DNA of 64,000 bases from an uncultured virus (IMG/VR IMGVR_UViG_3300043571_000407) (lineage: Duplodnaviria; Heunggongvirae; Uroviricota; Caudoviricetes). Shown here piece after piece: positions 19,586-29,442 of the stretch. The stretch lies in the IMG/VR virus record IMGVR_UViG_3300043571_000407; one strand, 5' to 3'. The translations under genes were made by a program, and so were the position numbers. The notes beneath the pieces are model-generated. The model was not told the origin of the DNA. It saw nothing but the letters and a program-made list of their open reading frames with translations, and did no database searches. Numbering within the stretch: the stretch's first letter is position 1; each line of letters begins with the position of its first letter.

Positions 19586-19804
19586 TTAGTCTCCTGTTGT
19601 GAGCTTACCTAAAGTTATTCCATCAATTGTCCAACCTTCTCTATCAACTATCGCCACAATCTTTGACATGATCTCCAATTTTTCAGTCAAGGAAATATCA
19701 TCTAAGTCCATTATTGTTAACAATTTCTGGATCTTCTTGTAAGCATAGCTCGGCATATCTGAATCTTTGTGAAGTTCTATCTTTACAGTCGTCGCGATCG
19801 CCAT
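19586..19804 (-). CDS. Hypothetical protein
   Basis: GGGGAG RBS before MAIATTVK. Confidence 0.5.
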   Translation of the reverse strand: MAIATTVKIELHKDSDMPSYAYKKIQKLLTIMDLDDISLTEKLEIMSKIVAIVDREGWTIDGITLGKLTTGD

Positions 19805-20000
19805 TGTCTTCTCCCCTAGCTTTTCTGATTGCCACACCCGTCAATCGGTAGATTTCTTTACTACACATTCTCACTATTTTATTAAGGATACCTTCCTTTT
19901 CGTCATCGTTTACACCCCACCCTTTAAGCTCAACAACTAATCTTTCTAGTTGTTCAATATTTAAAGGGGGATTTTTTTGATATTGTCCTCTATTTTCCAC
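19698..20000 (-). CDS. Hypothetical protein
   Basis: 100-aa ORF coupled to the HU stop; overlaps next gene by ~100 bp. Confidence 0.35.
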   Translation of the reverse strand: MENRGQYQKNPPLNIEQLERLVVELKGWGVNDDEKEGILNKIVRMCSKEIYRLTGVAIRKARGEDNGDRDDCKDRTSQRFRYAELCLQEDPEIVNNNGLR

Positions 20001-20271
20001 TCCCCACTACCTCCTTGAAGTTTTTCCCTGCCGAAAACACGGGGACAGTAACCGCAGGGATAATCATTGTTTCACCTGTTTTTGGGTTTCTTCCTTCCCT
20101 TTCTTTTCGTTCCCGTGACTGAAAAGAACCAAAACCGACCAATGTTACCTTATCTTGATTAGAAACCGCTTCCATAATCGTATCTAAAGCCGCTGTCAAC
20201 ACAGTGCCAGCTTGTTTTTTAGATACGCCAGCGCGTTCTGCCACGGCATCCACTAATTCACATTTATTCAT
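19990..20271 (-). CDS. hup: HU family DNA-binding protein
   Basis: MNK.ELV, VTLVGFGSF, REGRNPKTGE, PVFSAGK. Confidence 0.95.
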   Translation of the reverse strand: MNKCELVDAVAERAGVSKKQAGTVLTAALDTIMEAVSNQDKVTLVGFGSFQSRERKEREGRNPKTGETMIIPAVTVPVFSAGKNFKEVVGSGK

Positions 20272-20316
20272 TGATCCACCTTCAGCTTAGTAATTAAGTT
20301 AATAATATCACAAAAC

Positions 20317-20535
20317 CTAAAGGACATGGGAGTTTTCTGTGATTCCAATTATTTTTATTCTTTCCCGCAAAACTTCTTTATATTTTTTCATCGCACTTAA
20401 TTGGCAAAGTTGCCTCTGTCTTTCCCCATTTGAGACGCGATTCAGTGCAGGGTTGGAACCGATAAAACTTGCTAGTTTTTGAATCCTAGACTCAAGTTCC
20501 TCTTGCTCTAGGTATATATCACTCGACTTATTCAT
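20317..20535 (-). CDS. Small phage helical-hairpin protein (crAss001_48-like)
   Basis: EL..RI.KL..FI...Q..AM..Y..VL.ERI pattern. Confidence 0.6.
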   Translation of the reverse strand: MNKSSDIYLEQEELESRIQKLASFIGSNPALNRVSNGERQRQLCQLSAMKKYKEVLRERIKIIGITENSHVL

Positions 20536-20841
20536 TGTAAACTAATAATTTGAACGAGACAATGGTGGGCTAGGTCAGGGATTACCCAGACACACAGCAT
20601 GAAGCAGACGTTCACCCACCACTATTATTTTAACATTTTACTTGATTTTTGACCGATTGAGAGAGGCGGAGGATCTGGATCTCGGCGATCGCCCTGGGCA
20701 ATACAAAACTTCAAACACACCCCACGCCCCTATCTTACCGATGAAGAATTAAAACAGGGATTGTTTGGAGTATTAGAGGAGGGTTGACGAGATAAACAGA
20801 TAGAATCCAAATCAGGAGGGTGGTCTATTCAACCATCAGCA

Positions 20842-21057
20842 TTAAAAGCAATGCGGCTTCATTGCTCTTAATAAATTTGTCCGTATCATATCATTTTGGG
20901 TTACTTGCAGGATAAAATCTCGCATCTCATCAAACCCTTCCCGTATTCTCCCTGAATCTATTGCGAATTGGATTTTCATATCGACTTCGGCCTTGATTGA
21001 GGCTAACTGAAATTGCTGTTCTAAAGACAATGCTCCGGGTTCTTGCTTTGCTTGCAT
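20842..21057 (-). CDS. nblA: NblA-like phycobilisome degradation adaptor
   Basis: LSLEQQF signature and C-terminal Q..MIR.NLLR.M; 71 aa. Confidence 0.7.
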   Translation of the reverse strand: MQAKQEPGALSLEQQFQLASIKAEVDMKIQFAIDSGRIREGFDEMRDFILQVTQNDMIRTNLLRAMKPHCF

Positions 21058-21415
21058 GGTTTATCCCTTTCAATAGATAGTGAATTTACCCTATCTTATC
21101 CTGTGGATCGCTAAGAGAAAGATGTTATTGATACATTTAGGTGTTGCCCTAACGAATACCGTGTAACACGCTAACCTTTGTCGGGAGGGTAGGGGGGTCT
21201 TTTGGGGATTATGTGTTATAGTGAATATGGCTTAGGCTAGAACTGCTCTCGCACCACACGCAGTTTAGTTCAGTCCTTGGCTCCTTAACTCTTTGTTTTT
21301 CGATTTATTGTCCCAGGAGAAATCTTGGGACACTTTTTTGTTTATAGGGGTTGAGTTTTCCCTGGTGTTTGAGTTATAGTTAAAGCAGGAAACAAGGAGT
21401 AAAGAGCAAAGACAC

Positions 21416-21580
21416 ATGAATTGTTTAGACTGGATTAATTGGCGGAGCAATGGCTTCCGCGACTACACCGTTAATTTCCGGCTATGGCGTAACATTATCA
21501 GTCGCACTCGCCCCTGTGATTACCAGATCATTGCTTTCTGGTATTGGTTGAATTATCCTAGCTCAGATGGGGGCGGTTAA
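21416..21580 (+). CDS. Small Trp-rich hypothetical protein (54 aa)
   Basis: MNCLDWINWRSNG...AFWYWLNYP; follows promoter TTGAGT-18-TATAGT (21351-21380). Confidence 0.5.
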   Translation: MNCLDWINWRSNGFRDYTVNFRLWRNIISRTRPCDYQIIAFWYWLNYPSSDGGG

Positions 21581-21581
21581 A

Positions 21582-21911
21582 ATGCAGAAATCACTATCAT
21601 GGCGTGATCATGCGATTAATCGAATATCAAACGCCCTCCTTGAATATGAAGCACAATGCGCTTGCCTAGGGGAAGAAATCAACTCTAAGGATGCACGGAA
21701 GTGGGTAAACGACCGCTACCCCTTCGGAATCAGGGAACATTCCCCCTACAAGATATGGCTTGAGGAACTGCGATTAATTGAGAAATTCGTGGGATTTGGT
21801 TTTCCTTTTAGAAATTACCCTCACTGGCGAAATTGTGTAAACTCTAGGGGGGAGTCGTGGAACAATCCCAAAAGTAAAACGGTTAGTGAAGGTCAATTAA
21901 GTTTGTTTTAG
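21582..21911 (+). CDS. Hypothetical phage protein
   Basis: YPFGIREHSPYKIWLEE motif; ends GQLSLF. Confidence 0.65.
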   Translation: MQKSLSWRDHAINRISNALLEYEAQCACLGEEINSKDARKWVNDRYPFGIREHSPYKIWLEELRLIEKFVGFGFPFRNYPHWRNCVNSRGESWNNPKSKTVSEGQLSLF

Positions 21912-21952
21912 CTAAGTTTGTTTTAGCAATCACCAAGGGAGACAAGTCAAAA

Positions 21953-22261
21953 ATGGAATTATTAACTTTCAAATCATTCAAAGAACAAATCAAGAAACTG
22001 TTTCCCCATTTCCACGAAGAAGTGGAGATTCACGCCGCAAACTTAACGGAATCAGCATGGGAATCCATAACGATATTGTATATTGCGAAGTTTGGCTACG
22101 ATGATCCGAATGAGCATATTGTTGAATACGAAACAAGCGGGTGTTTTTATTACCACTCCCAGAAAATTATTGGGGTTGGCAAAACACTCTCGGATGCCAT
22201 AGAAGATCATCGGGTAAAAGCTAAATCTAATCTTTCTTTCCTTTCAATGTCCAAAAGTTAA
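21953..22261 (+). CDS. Hypothetical protein
   Basis: 102-aa ORF, GGGAGA RBS. Confidence 0.6.
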   Translation: MELLTFKSFKEQIKKLFPHFHEEVEIHAANLTESAWESITILYIAKFGYDDPNEHIVEYETSGCFYYHSQKIIGVGKTLSDAIEDHRVKAKSNLSFLSMSKS

Positions 22262-22382
22262 GCCAGATTACCGTGTAACACAGCAATTATGGCTTGACGA
22301 ATCCAAGAAAGTGAGTTATGTTTAAAGATAGGAAGTCGCAAAACCAACAACAGCGAGTCCTATCTTTTTTATATCAAAAACA

Positions 22383-24659
22383 ATGGCAAATCCAACCCCA
22401 AGGCAACTAGATCATTTTTTTAAAGGGAAGTGGAATAACCTCCCCACTAAAGTAATTCGACTCCCTGAAGTCTTCCATAATAAAGCATACGAGATATGCA
22501 AACTTCTTGACAATGGAGTAGATCCACTCGCAAGAGTAGATCCACTCGCAAGAGTAGATCCACTCGCAAGAGTTGAATCCGTGCCACAAACCTTTCCCTG
22601 GACAATGGAGGCGGTTCGGGACTGGATGGTTCACGAAGATCGGGAACTGCCTGAACTCCTGCCGTTAGAGCAAATATTAACAAAAGCGATCGCCGATGCC
22701 AGGGAACGGAAGATTGACCGCAGACTGGAACGAGCCGTTTGTTTTTTGGCTGACCGATGCGACGGAGCCAGGGAACATGATGGGTGCGGTTTTAATACCT
22801 GCGATTCCCAGTTTGGGAAATGGATTGCGGAACGAGTGCGGAGTGGTAAGCATCTATCGGGAAATATGGCAAAAGCCACACTCAAGATGCTGCAAAAGTA
22901 TGTCCGGCAGTTAGAGAATAGCGGGTTAGTTCTACCGGAGTGGGAAGCGATCGCCCACCAATATCAAGCTACACCCGAACCCTCACAAGAAGAAAAGCCA
23001 CCAAAACGGATTGAGGTTATCGGACATCGGCTCTGTGTTTTCCATCCCTTTGACGGGACGGGAGCATTCCAACAGAAAGCTAAAACCGTCCGAGGCTATA
23101 AATTTAACGAGTTGAATAACAAAGGATGGTGTTATCCCCACAGCGTATTAGAGGACTTAATTAAGGTGTTTCCCCAATCAGACTTTTACTATGACGACGA
23201 GATTCAGACCATGATCCATTTAATTGAAATCAAGAAAGCCGAAGCCGAGGCGGAACTCCATGCCGAAGCATTAGGAAAAGCAACCCGAATTATGGGGTTA
23301 GTCGAGAAGGCAAAAATAGACCAACCTCTCTCAAATGGTTGGATATTGCGAGACTATCAACAGAAAGGGGTTGAGTGGCTCCTGGCTCACAGCGAGGGCG
23401 GGATTTATAAAGGAGGCATCCTAGCCGACGATATGGGACTAGGGAAAACCTTAGAATCCCTAGTGGCAGCAAAAGCCCTACAACGGACGCACAACTGCCC
23501 TGTGTTTGTGGTTTGCCCTGTATCTTTGATGGAGGGTTGGCGACGGGCAGCTACAATGGTAGAGGTTGAGGTAGAGTTGTTTTCTAATCACTTTAGTCAA
23601 ATCCCTGCACCCTTAGAAAGCGGGGGTTTTGTGGTAATCTTTGACGAGGCACATAGCTTTCAAGATCCCACATCAAAGCGGACAAAAAAATTCTTGAATT
23701 TATGCCTTGCCGAGAATTGCATCGCCGCATGGCTTCTGACCGGAACGCCAATGAAAAACGGACGACCAATTAACCTGATGCCCCTTTTGATGGCGGTTGA
23801 ACATCCCCTCGTGCAGAACAAACATAAATTTCAGGAGCGATACTGCAACGGGCATCGGAAGGTCATTAACTCCTACGGAAAGACTGTCTGGGACGTGACC
23901 GGAGCCGCATTCTTGGACGAACTTAGCCAGAAAACCCATGACGTTATCCTGCGGCGGACTAAAAAAGAATGCCTCCCTGAACTGCCACCAAAGACCCGAA
24001 TCTTTAAGCAAGCGGAATTAGAGAAAACTCGTGCATCTGAATACCATGCCGAGATTAAAGCCTTAGTACAGAACTACAAAGACCGTGCCGATGCAGGGGA
24101 GGTTGACCCCTCTGCCGAGGCCCTTGTTACCCTGAATATACTGCGAGGAGTGGGGAGTCGTTACAAGGCTGACAGCGCCATCACACTCGCCCAAGAACTG
24201 CTAGAACAAGGGCAGCAGGTGGTGATTTTCACCGAATTTATTGAGAGTGCCAAGGCTATCAATGCGGCGCTTGGGGGTGAGCTACTTATTGGGGGAGTAG
24301 ATCCATTACTCCGACAGGATATGGTAGATCGGTTCCAAGTCGGGAGAAGTCGGGTGTTTGTCGGGACAATTAAATCCGGTGGGGTAGGTTTGACACTGAC
24401 CGCGGCATCAAACGTAATCCTAGTGGATCGGGCATGGACTCCAGGTGACTGTGAACAAGCCGAGGATCGGTGTTATCGCCTCGGACAATTAAATGCAGTC
24501 TTCTGCCACTGGCTGAAATTTGGGACGGTTGACGAGGCGATTGACTCGTTGGTTGGCGAGAAGCAAGAGCGAATTGAGATTGTCTTAAAGGGCAAAACCC
24601 ACACTATCAAAGCATCCTCCCCGATGGAATTAGCCAAGCAATTACTGCGGATTTTATAG
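22383..24659 (+). CDS. SNF2-family (HARP/SMARCAL1-like) helicase
   Basis: LRDYQ, ILADDMGLGKT, DEAH, LTGTP, LRRTK, GGVGLTLT, QAEDRCYRLGQ; 18-bp x3 repeat (VDPLAR). Confidence 0.92.
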   Translation: MANPTPRQLDHFFKGKWNNLPTKVIRLPEVFHNKAYEICKLLDNGVDPLARVDPLARVDPLARVESVPQTFPWTMEAVRDWMVHEDRELPELLPLEQILTKAIADARERKIDRRLERAVCFLADRCDGAREHDGCGFNTCDSQFGKWIAERVRSGKHLSGNMAKATLKMLQKYVRQLENSGLVLPEWEAIAHQYQATPEPSQEEKPPKRIEVIGHRLCVFHPFDGTGAFQQKAKTVRGYKFNELNNKGWCYPHSVLEDLIKVFPQSDFYYDDEIQTMIHLIEIKKAEAEAELHAEALGKATRIMGLVEKAKIDQPLSNGWILRDYQQKGVEWLLAHSEGGIYKGGILADDMGLGKTLESLVAAKALQRTHNCPVFVVCPVSLMEGWRRAATMVEVEVELFSNHFSQIPAPLESGGFVVIFDEAHSFQDPTSKRTKKFLNLCLAENCIAAWLLTGTPMKNGRPINLMPLLMAVEHPLVQNKHKFQERYCNGHRKVINSYGKTVWDVTGAAFLDELSQKTHDVILRRTKKECLPELPPKTRIFKQAELEKTRASEYHAEIKALVQNYKDRADAGEVDPSAEALVTLNILRGVGSRYKADSAITLAQELLEQGQQVVIFTEFIESAKAINAALGGELLIGGVDPLLRQDMVDRFQVGRSRVFVGTIKSGGVGLTLTAASNVILVDRAWTPGDCEQAEDRCYRLGQLNAVFCHWLKFGTVDEAIDSLVGEKQERIEIVLKGKTHTIKASSPMELAKQLLRIL

Positions 24660-24669
24660 GAAAAGATTA

Positions 24670-24702
24670 AACCCGCCATCCTAGTTAGGGAACGGCGGGT
24701 TA
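24670..24702. terminator. Hairpin between convergent genes
   Basis: AACCCGCC...GGCGGGTT. Confidence 0.65.
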
Positions 24703-24706
24703 ATTT

Positions 24707-25015
24707 TCAGTTCTTTTTGCTTTTAGCTGTTCTCTTTTCTTTAACTTTTGCAACCCTCTCTGGTATTTTTCGAGGGATAATCTCAACGTTTCCCCATAAC
24801 CACTGGGAATCGTTAATCTCCTTGAAAACCAAGTAATAGCGCGGAGGTTTTCCTTCTTGTAAAACGTGCAGTGTCGTTTCCTCACGATCTGCTTCTGGGT
24901 TGTACCGAGTAGGAGAAATCTTACAATAGTATGAAGGACATCCAATCCCCTCCTCTACTCCCTCTCCAAACTCTACAGGAGGGGTGGCAAGAACATAAGA
25001 AACTTGTTTATACAT
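24707..25015 (-). CDS. Hypothetical protein
   Basis: ORF downstream of thyX; likely start MYKQVSY. Confidence 0.55.
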   Translation of the reverse strand: MYKQVSYVLATPPVEFGEGVEEGIGCPSYYCKISPTRYNPEADREETTLHVLQEGKPPRYYLVFKEINDSQWLWGNVEIIPRKIPERVAKVKEKRTAKSKKN

Positions 25016-25080
25016 AACTTGCAACTTATACTTGTAACACGCGAAACCTAGGCATTTAACTCCCTGTCCAGAAAGCAAAA

Positions 25081-25800
25081 TTAGGGAGCAAGCCGAGCTT
25101 TCCCTAATCTATTTTTTTCATACCAAGCTGAAATCTCAGGAACCCATTCTTGAGTATGGGCCCACATCATTTCAGAGAGTTTTTGAATCTCTAATTGAGC
25201 ATCTTTTTTGAATCTTAAATCGAGAAAATGTAACAGTGAACGCAGGTTACAAGACATAACAAAATGCTGTCTGAAATCGAACGGGATTAAACCCCTGGCG
25301 TGTTCTTCACTCATCCCAGACTCAATGTTTTGTTTATACAAACCACAAGCATCTACACAGTGTTGTAAATGGATTTCTCTTAATTCAGGTGAATAATAAT
25401 ATTTTTTGCCTTGGCGATCGCTGTAATTCCCCACCGGACGGAGGTAAAAAACATCTTCTAAACTTCTCTTGAAGTTGATTACATCAACAATCCTCTGCCC
25501 TGAGTAGCGCCCAGATTGAACATCGAAACTAGCTATTCTATGCCGGGTTGCCTGTTGCATCACACTATGGGGGAAATATCCCACACTAAAAACGATGTGG
25601 CAGTGCTCTAACACTCCAAAGTGTCCTCTATTTCCCTCTAGTAATCGTTTAACGGCTATCTCCCCACACTTAATTTCAGAAGGGGTTTTATCAAGGCTTT
25701 CATATATATAATCCTCACTATAATCCTGATGGAGAGCCAGATACATTATTGTCTGGGGATTAGCTGTTTTCGATAAAACATCAACCTTGAATCTGTCCAT
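25081..25800 (-). CDS. thyX: FAD-dependent thymidylate synthase
   Basis: GHFGVLEH, QQATRHRIASFDVQSGRY, EHARGLIP, NLRSLLHFLDLR, AQLEI. Confidence 0.95.
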   Translation of the reverse strand: MDRFKVDVLSKTANPQTIMYLALHQDYSEDYIYESLDKTPSEIKCGEIAVKRLLEGNRGHFGVLEHCHIVFSVGYFPHSVMQQATRHRIASFDVQSGRYSGQRIVDVINFKRSLEDVFYLRPVGNYSDRQGKKYYYSPELREIHLQHCVDACGLYKQNIESGMSEEHARGLIPFDFRQHFVMSCNLRSLLHFLDLRFKKDAQLEIQKLSEMMWAHTQEWVPEISAWYEKNRLGKARLAP

Positions 25801-25899
25801 TAATCTCCTGCTCTTTTGTGCATCGTAATCATACCATTATATCATTTAATCACCCATCCCAAAATAGCCCACTTCCCAAAATGTCCATAACTTGTCCCC

Positions 25900-25974
25900 A
25901 AAAAAAAGTTTTAAAAACCCCTTGACATTTCCTAGGGTATCGGTTATACTTAGGAAAGTAGAGAACAAAGAGCT
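25900..25974 (+). promoter_or_regulatory. Repeated promoter with CCTAGG in the spacer
   Basis: TTGACA-17-TATACT (25922-25950); near-identical to 29443-29516. Confidence 0.8.
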
Positions 25975-25983
25975 AAAACGACC

Positions 25984-26934
25984 ATGAACTATAGAGAACT
26001 TCAACAAGCCTTAAAAGCCTACCGTGCATCGGGTTTGACCATAGTCAAACTCAATCAAAAAACGGCCGTTCTTCAGGCCGAATATAACCGGATTCAAGCC
26101 CAACAAACCCAACAAACTCCGCAAGCCCAACAAACCCAACAAACCCCGCAAACCCAACAAACCCCGCAAACCCAACAAACCCAACAAACCCCGCAAACCC
26201 AACAAACCCATACCGCCATGCCCGAAATCACCTTCGGTGTTGAAATCGAAGTAACCCGGCTAATAAGCCAGGATGCGATCGCACAAGCCCTACAAGCCGC
26301 AGGGATAGCGGCTGAGGTCGAAAACTATAACTACATCACTAAAGAACACTGGAAGGTAATTACGGATGGCTCGTGCGGGTACGAGATCGTAAGCCCCATC
26401 CTTAGCGGGGAGAAGGGCATCGCCGAGCTTCGGAAGGTTTGCGAAGCCCTAACTCAAGCCGGTTGTAAAGTGAATAAAAACTGTGGGCTGCACGTCCACT
26501 TGGGGGCGGACTTCCTAGGGGTCGCACGGGTTCGGAACTTCGTAAAGCGCTACATAGCGAATGAGGCAAACCTGGATGCCGTCCAGCCTAAAGCACGGCG
26601 AGGATCGGCGAACCGATTCTGCCTCCCGATTTCAGAAACGATGAGAACCCATCTCATTGATAACTGCCATGTCATTGACGATATGGTGGGGCTACAGACC
26701 ACTCGCTACTGCAAGGTGAACTTGCAGAGCTACCGAAAATACGGGACTGTAGAAATCCGGCATCACGCCGGGACGACCAACGCGACAAGGATAGAGAACT
26801 GGGTAAGATTTTTAATCGGGTTCGCTACAACCGCCACGCCCGAAAACGCCACGAACATCGAATTTAACGAGATGTTCAACAACAATAACATCGCCACCTT
26901 CTACCGCCGACGGCGCGCCGCACTCGCCGCATAG
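25984..26934 (+). CDS. Putative amidoligase (Amidoligase_2-like)
   Basis: TFGVEIE, W..ITDGS, EIVSPIL, CGLHVH, RYCKVNL, GTVEIRHH; Q/T/P repeat linker. Confidence 0.88.
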   Translation: MNYRELQQALKAYRASGLTIVKLNQKTAVLQAEYNRIQAQQTQQTPQAQQTQQTPQTQQTPQTQQTQQTPQTQQTHTAMPEITFGVEIEVTRLISQDAIAQALQAAGIAAEVENYNYITKEHWKVITDGSCGYEIVSPILSGEKGIAELRKVCEALTQAGCKVNKNCGLHVHLGADFLGVARVRNFVKRYIANEANLDAVQPKARRGSANRFCLPISETMRTHLIDNCHVIDDMVGLQTTRYCKVNLQSYRKYGTVEIRHHAGTTNATRIENWVRFLIGFATTATPENATNIEFNEMFNNNNIATFYRRRRAALAA

Positions 26935-26960
26935 CCGCATAATAGACTACGGGTAGGGAA

Positions 26961-27054
26961 TCCTACCCTACCCTACCCTACCCTACCCTACCCTACCCTA
27001 CCCTACCCTATCCTACCCTACCCTACCCTATCCCAACCCCCTATCCCCTACCCC
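26961..27054. repeat. (CCCTA)n microsatellite
   Basis: 14 pentamer units at 26961-27030, then degenerate. Confidence 0.95.
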
Positions 27055-27069
27055 GCAAAGGACAAAACA

Positions 27070-27324
27070 ATGACCACTAAAACAATGGCTTACAGACTGT
27101 TTGATGATTCGATAACCGTTACGGGTTCACCTAAACAGATTACCCACGCACTATGGCGAAATTGTGTACGAGGCTGCCACTCCCCATTACCCGATGTCAA
27201 AGCCTATATGGAATGGCAGAAGCGGGTTGAGGTGAATTGGTCGGGCAAAACCCTTGACACAAGCTCTTACGATGCGTTTGTAGCCTCCCTCGTCACGGTG
27301 GGGTTCCTAGTGCCTATTAAATAG
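27070..27324 (+). CDS. Hypothetical protein
   Basis: 84 aa, AAAGGA RBS. Confidence 0.65.
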   Translation: MTTKTMAYRLFDDSITVTGSPKQITHALWRNCVRGCHSPLPDVKAYMEWQKRVEVNWSGKTLDTSSYDAFVASLVTVGFLVPIK

Positions 27325-27388
27325 CCAACGGCTCCCTATTGCCATCCTGCGCCCACCAGGGGATGCAAGAAAATATTTTAAAAACCCC

Positions 27389-27417
27389 TTGACATTTCCT
27401 AGGGAATTGGTTATGGT
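27389..27417 (+). promoter_or_regulatory. Repeated promoter with CCTAGG in the spacer
   Basis: TTGACA-TTTCCTAGGGAATTGGT-TATGGT. Confidence 0.7.
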
Positions 27418-27448
27418 AGGAGACATCAAAGAGTAAAGGACAAAGACA

Positions 27449-27808
27449 ATGACAAGCGACTACGACAAGATTGAACGGGAATACAAAGAGCAGGGCTACA
27501 AAAGCCTCACTGATTACCTGCTAGATCAGAAACGGGCAAAAACCCCACTCAGCAAAAAGAACAAGGTAAAGGCTTCTGATATAGGGAAAGGCAATGTGGT
27601 GGGGTTCACAACCCAAGGACATCAGATCGTAGCCTGCAAAAGCACCCAACGGGGAACCACAACAATCAAATGCTACCTGACAAACAATAACATCCCCCTC
27701 CTGGCAACAGAAACCCGGCGAACCTTCGCCACGGTCAAAGAGATGGTGAACTACATCAACAGCACCCTTATCGACGAGGATGCCACTAACAAACTAGCCT
27801 GGTGGTAG
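27449..27808 (+). CDS. Hypothetical protein
   Basis: 119 aa, AAAGGA RBS. Confidence 0.65.
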   Translation: MTSDYDKIEREYKEQGYKSLTDYLLDQKRAKTPLSKKNKVKASDIGKGNVVGFTTQGHQIVACKSTQRGTTTIKCYLTNNNIPLLATETRRTFATVKEMVNYINSTLIDEDATNKLAWW

Positions 27809-27820
27809 GAGAATAGAACA

Positions 27821-28198
27821 ATGTTATACGACGTAAAATTTCCATCAACAAAAGAGGACTGCAAAAAAGTCCTCACCTTCCGCAAAAAACGGGAAGGGGC
27901 GCGCCACTACTCCCGCCCCATAATGGCAAACTTTATCGAGACATTTGATAGCTGCGTAATAACAATTCTCTGGCGGAAGACTGCCACAAAAGGGAAAACA
28001 TACCGAGTAGATGAAACCCAAAGATATGTAGGCATTAATGACCGCCCCAATGAAGATTCACTTCGCTATGACGCGGAACGGATGTACTACTCCTGTCGGG
28101 ATGCTCGGAACTATACGGTTGAAGAAATCATGGATCAAATGATCGATGTTGAAAACCAGATGAATGACGCTATAGGGATCGCGTTGACGAAAATCTAG
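27821..28198 (+). CDS. Hypothetical protein
   Basis: 125 aa, AGGAGA RBS. Confidence 0.65.
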   Translation: MLYDVKFPSTKEDCKKVLTFRKKREGARHYSRPIMANFIETFDSCVITILWRKTATKGKTYRVDETQRYVGINDRPNEDSLRYDAERMYYSCRDARNYTVEEIMDQMIDVENQMNDAIGIALTKI

Positions 28199-28246
28199 TA
28201 AGCACACCCTATAGCACACCTAAAATAGTATGAGGACGATAAAATA

Positions 28247-28480
28247 ATGTCATCAACAAAGTTTCAAATTGATTATTTCTTAACAACATCAAACTATATT
28301 CCTGTTACCGAAGCAGGGTATCCCAACGGCTGTCAATTAGGACTAGGGGAGACCATTGCCTTCTTTTCAGGGATAGACTCCCGTGGATACACCATCCAAG
28401 CTGTCTACCGAGTCTCTGGGGTCGCAGATGACCCCGAACGGGGAGTGGTTGCCCAATTGCACTATATCGGGCAAAGTTGA
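28247..28480 (+). CDS. Hypothetical protein
   Basis: 77 aa, GAGGA RBS. Confidence 0.55.
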   Translation: MSSTKFQIDYFLTTSNYIPVTEAGYPNGCQLGLGETIAFFSGIDSRGYTIQAVYRVSGVADDPERGVVAQLHYIGQS

Positions 28481-28746
28481 CCCCATACCCTATAAACCCT
28501 CTACAGCCTCCTTAAACCTAGGGAGGTTTTGTTTTGCCAAAAACCTAGGGAGGTTTTGTTTTGCCAAAGTAAAGGATAACCCCATTCGTCAGTTTAGAGG
28601 GCAATAATAGGGAATTTGAGGAGGGTTGACACTGGTTTTAGTAGATTCCCATTGTGACCATCCCCTCAAGCCCTCAAACCCCGTCATCCCCGTGTGGTTT
28701 TCAGCCCTCCCATTAGATCTAATGGAGGGGGGATCTTCATCCTTCT

Positions 28747-28885
28747 ATGTCACACCAAAAAATTTGTCACAGTGAATTCTGTCACACTGAATTCTGTCAC
28801 AGTGAATTCTGTCACACTGAATTTTGATCACAGTGTTTTTTATTAATCTTCTATTATGTTTTAGTGTGACAGCGATTATCTCGTT
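28747..28885. repeat. TGTCACA repeat cluster plus 55-bp inverted copy of rep-internal 5796-5850
   Basis: 15-bp periodic (TGTCACA[GC]TGAATTC) units; 28831-28885 matches the reverse complement of 5796-5850 at 53/55. Confidence 0.9.
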
Positions 28886-29442
28886 GTTTGTATCATAACC
28901 TGATACCATTTTAAGGATTTCTTAACTATCTCCAGAAGCCACACCCCATAAAGGTTAGAGCCATTTTACTGCTGTTGAAGAAAAAATCATATTATTTTAA
29001 GAGTCCAACACCTTCTCCTCTGTCACACTGAATGCCATTGGGTTAAGGTTACGGGAAATAATAGCTTTTCCCCCACTTTACCCCCATGACACACTGAATA
29101 ACTTAAACCCTATGAAACATGACACACTGAATAACTTAAACCCTATGGCACTCGCTCAACTTCTTAGATTTTGATCTATGTGGACATCCTTAGAGAAAAA
29201 TTGTCCATCTTGTCTTCTTTATTATTAGGGAAGAACACAAAAAGGGTGTTATCCCCGCACTGTATAGCCTGTAGCCCGCTTGATGTCACGGTCTGGTATT
29301 GTCCGTCGATTTAGGGCGATCGCCTCCGGTGTTGACGCGAAAATAGCGGGAGACATCCTATAAAACCCATTTAACAATTCCCGAAAAACAAAAGGTGATA
29401 AGGTTGCAAAATGGGTGCAATTAGTAGCACACCCAACTCCCG

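Noticed and set aside
20563..20622. tRNA
   Set aside because: About 58 nt, with no TTC T-loop or anticodon arm
28481..29442. rep pseudogene
   Set aside because: Similarity is limited to the ~55-bp segment and adjacent short repeats; no rep-like frame
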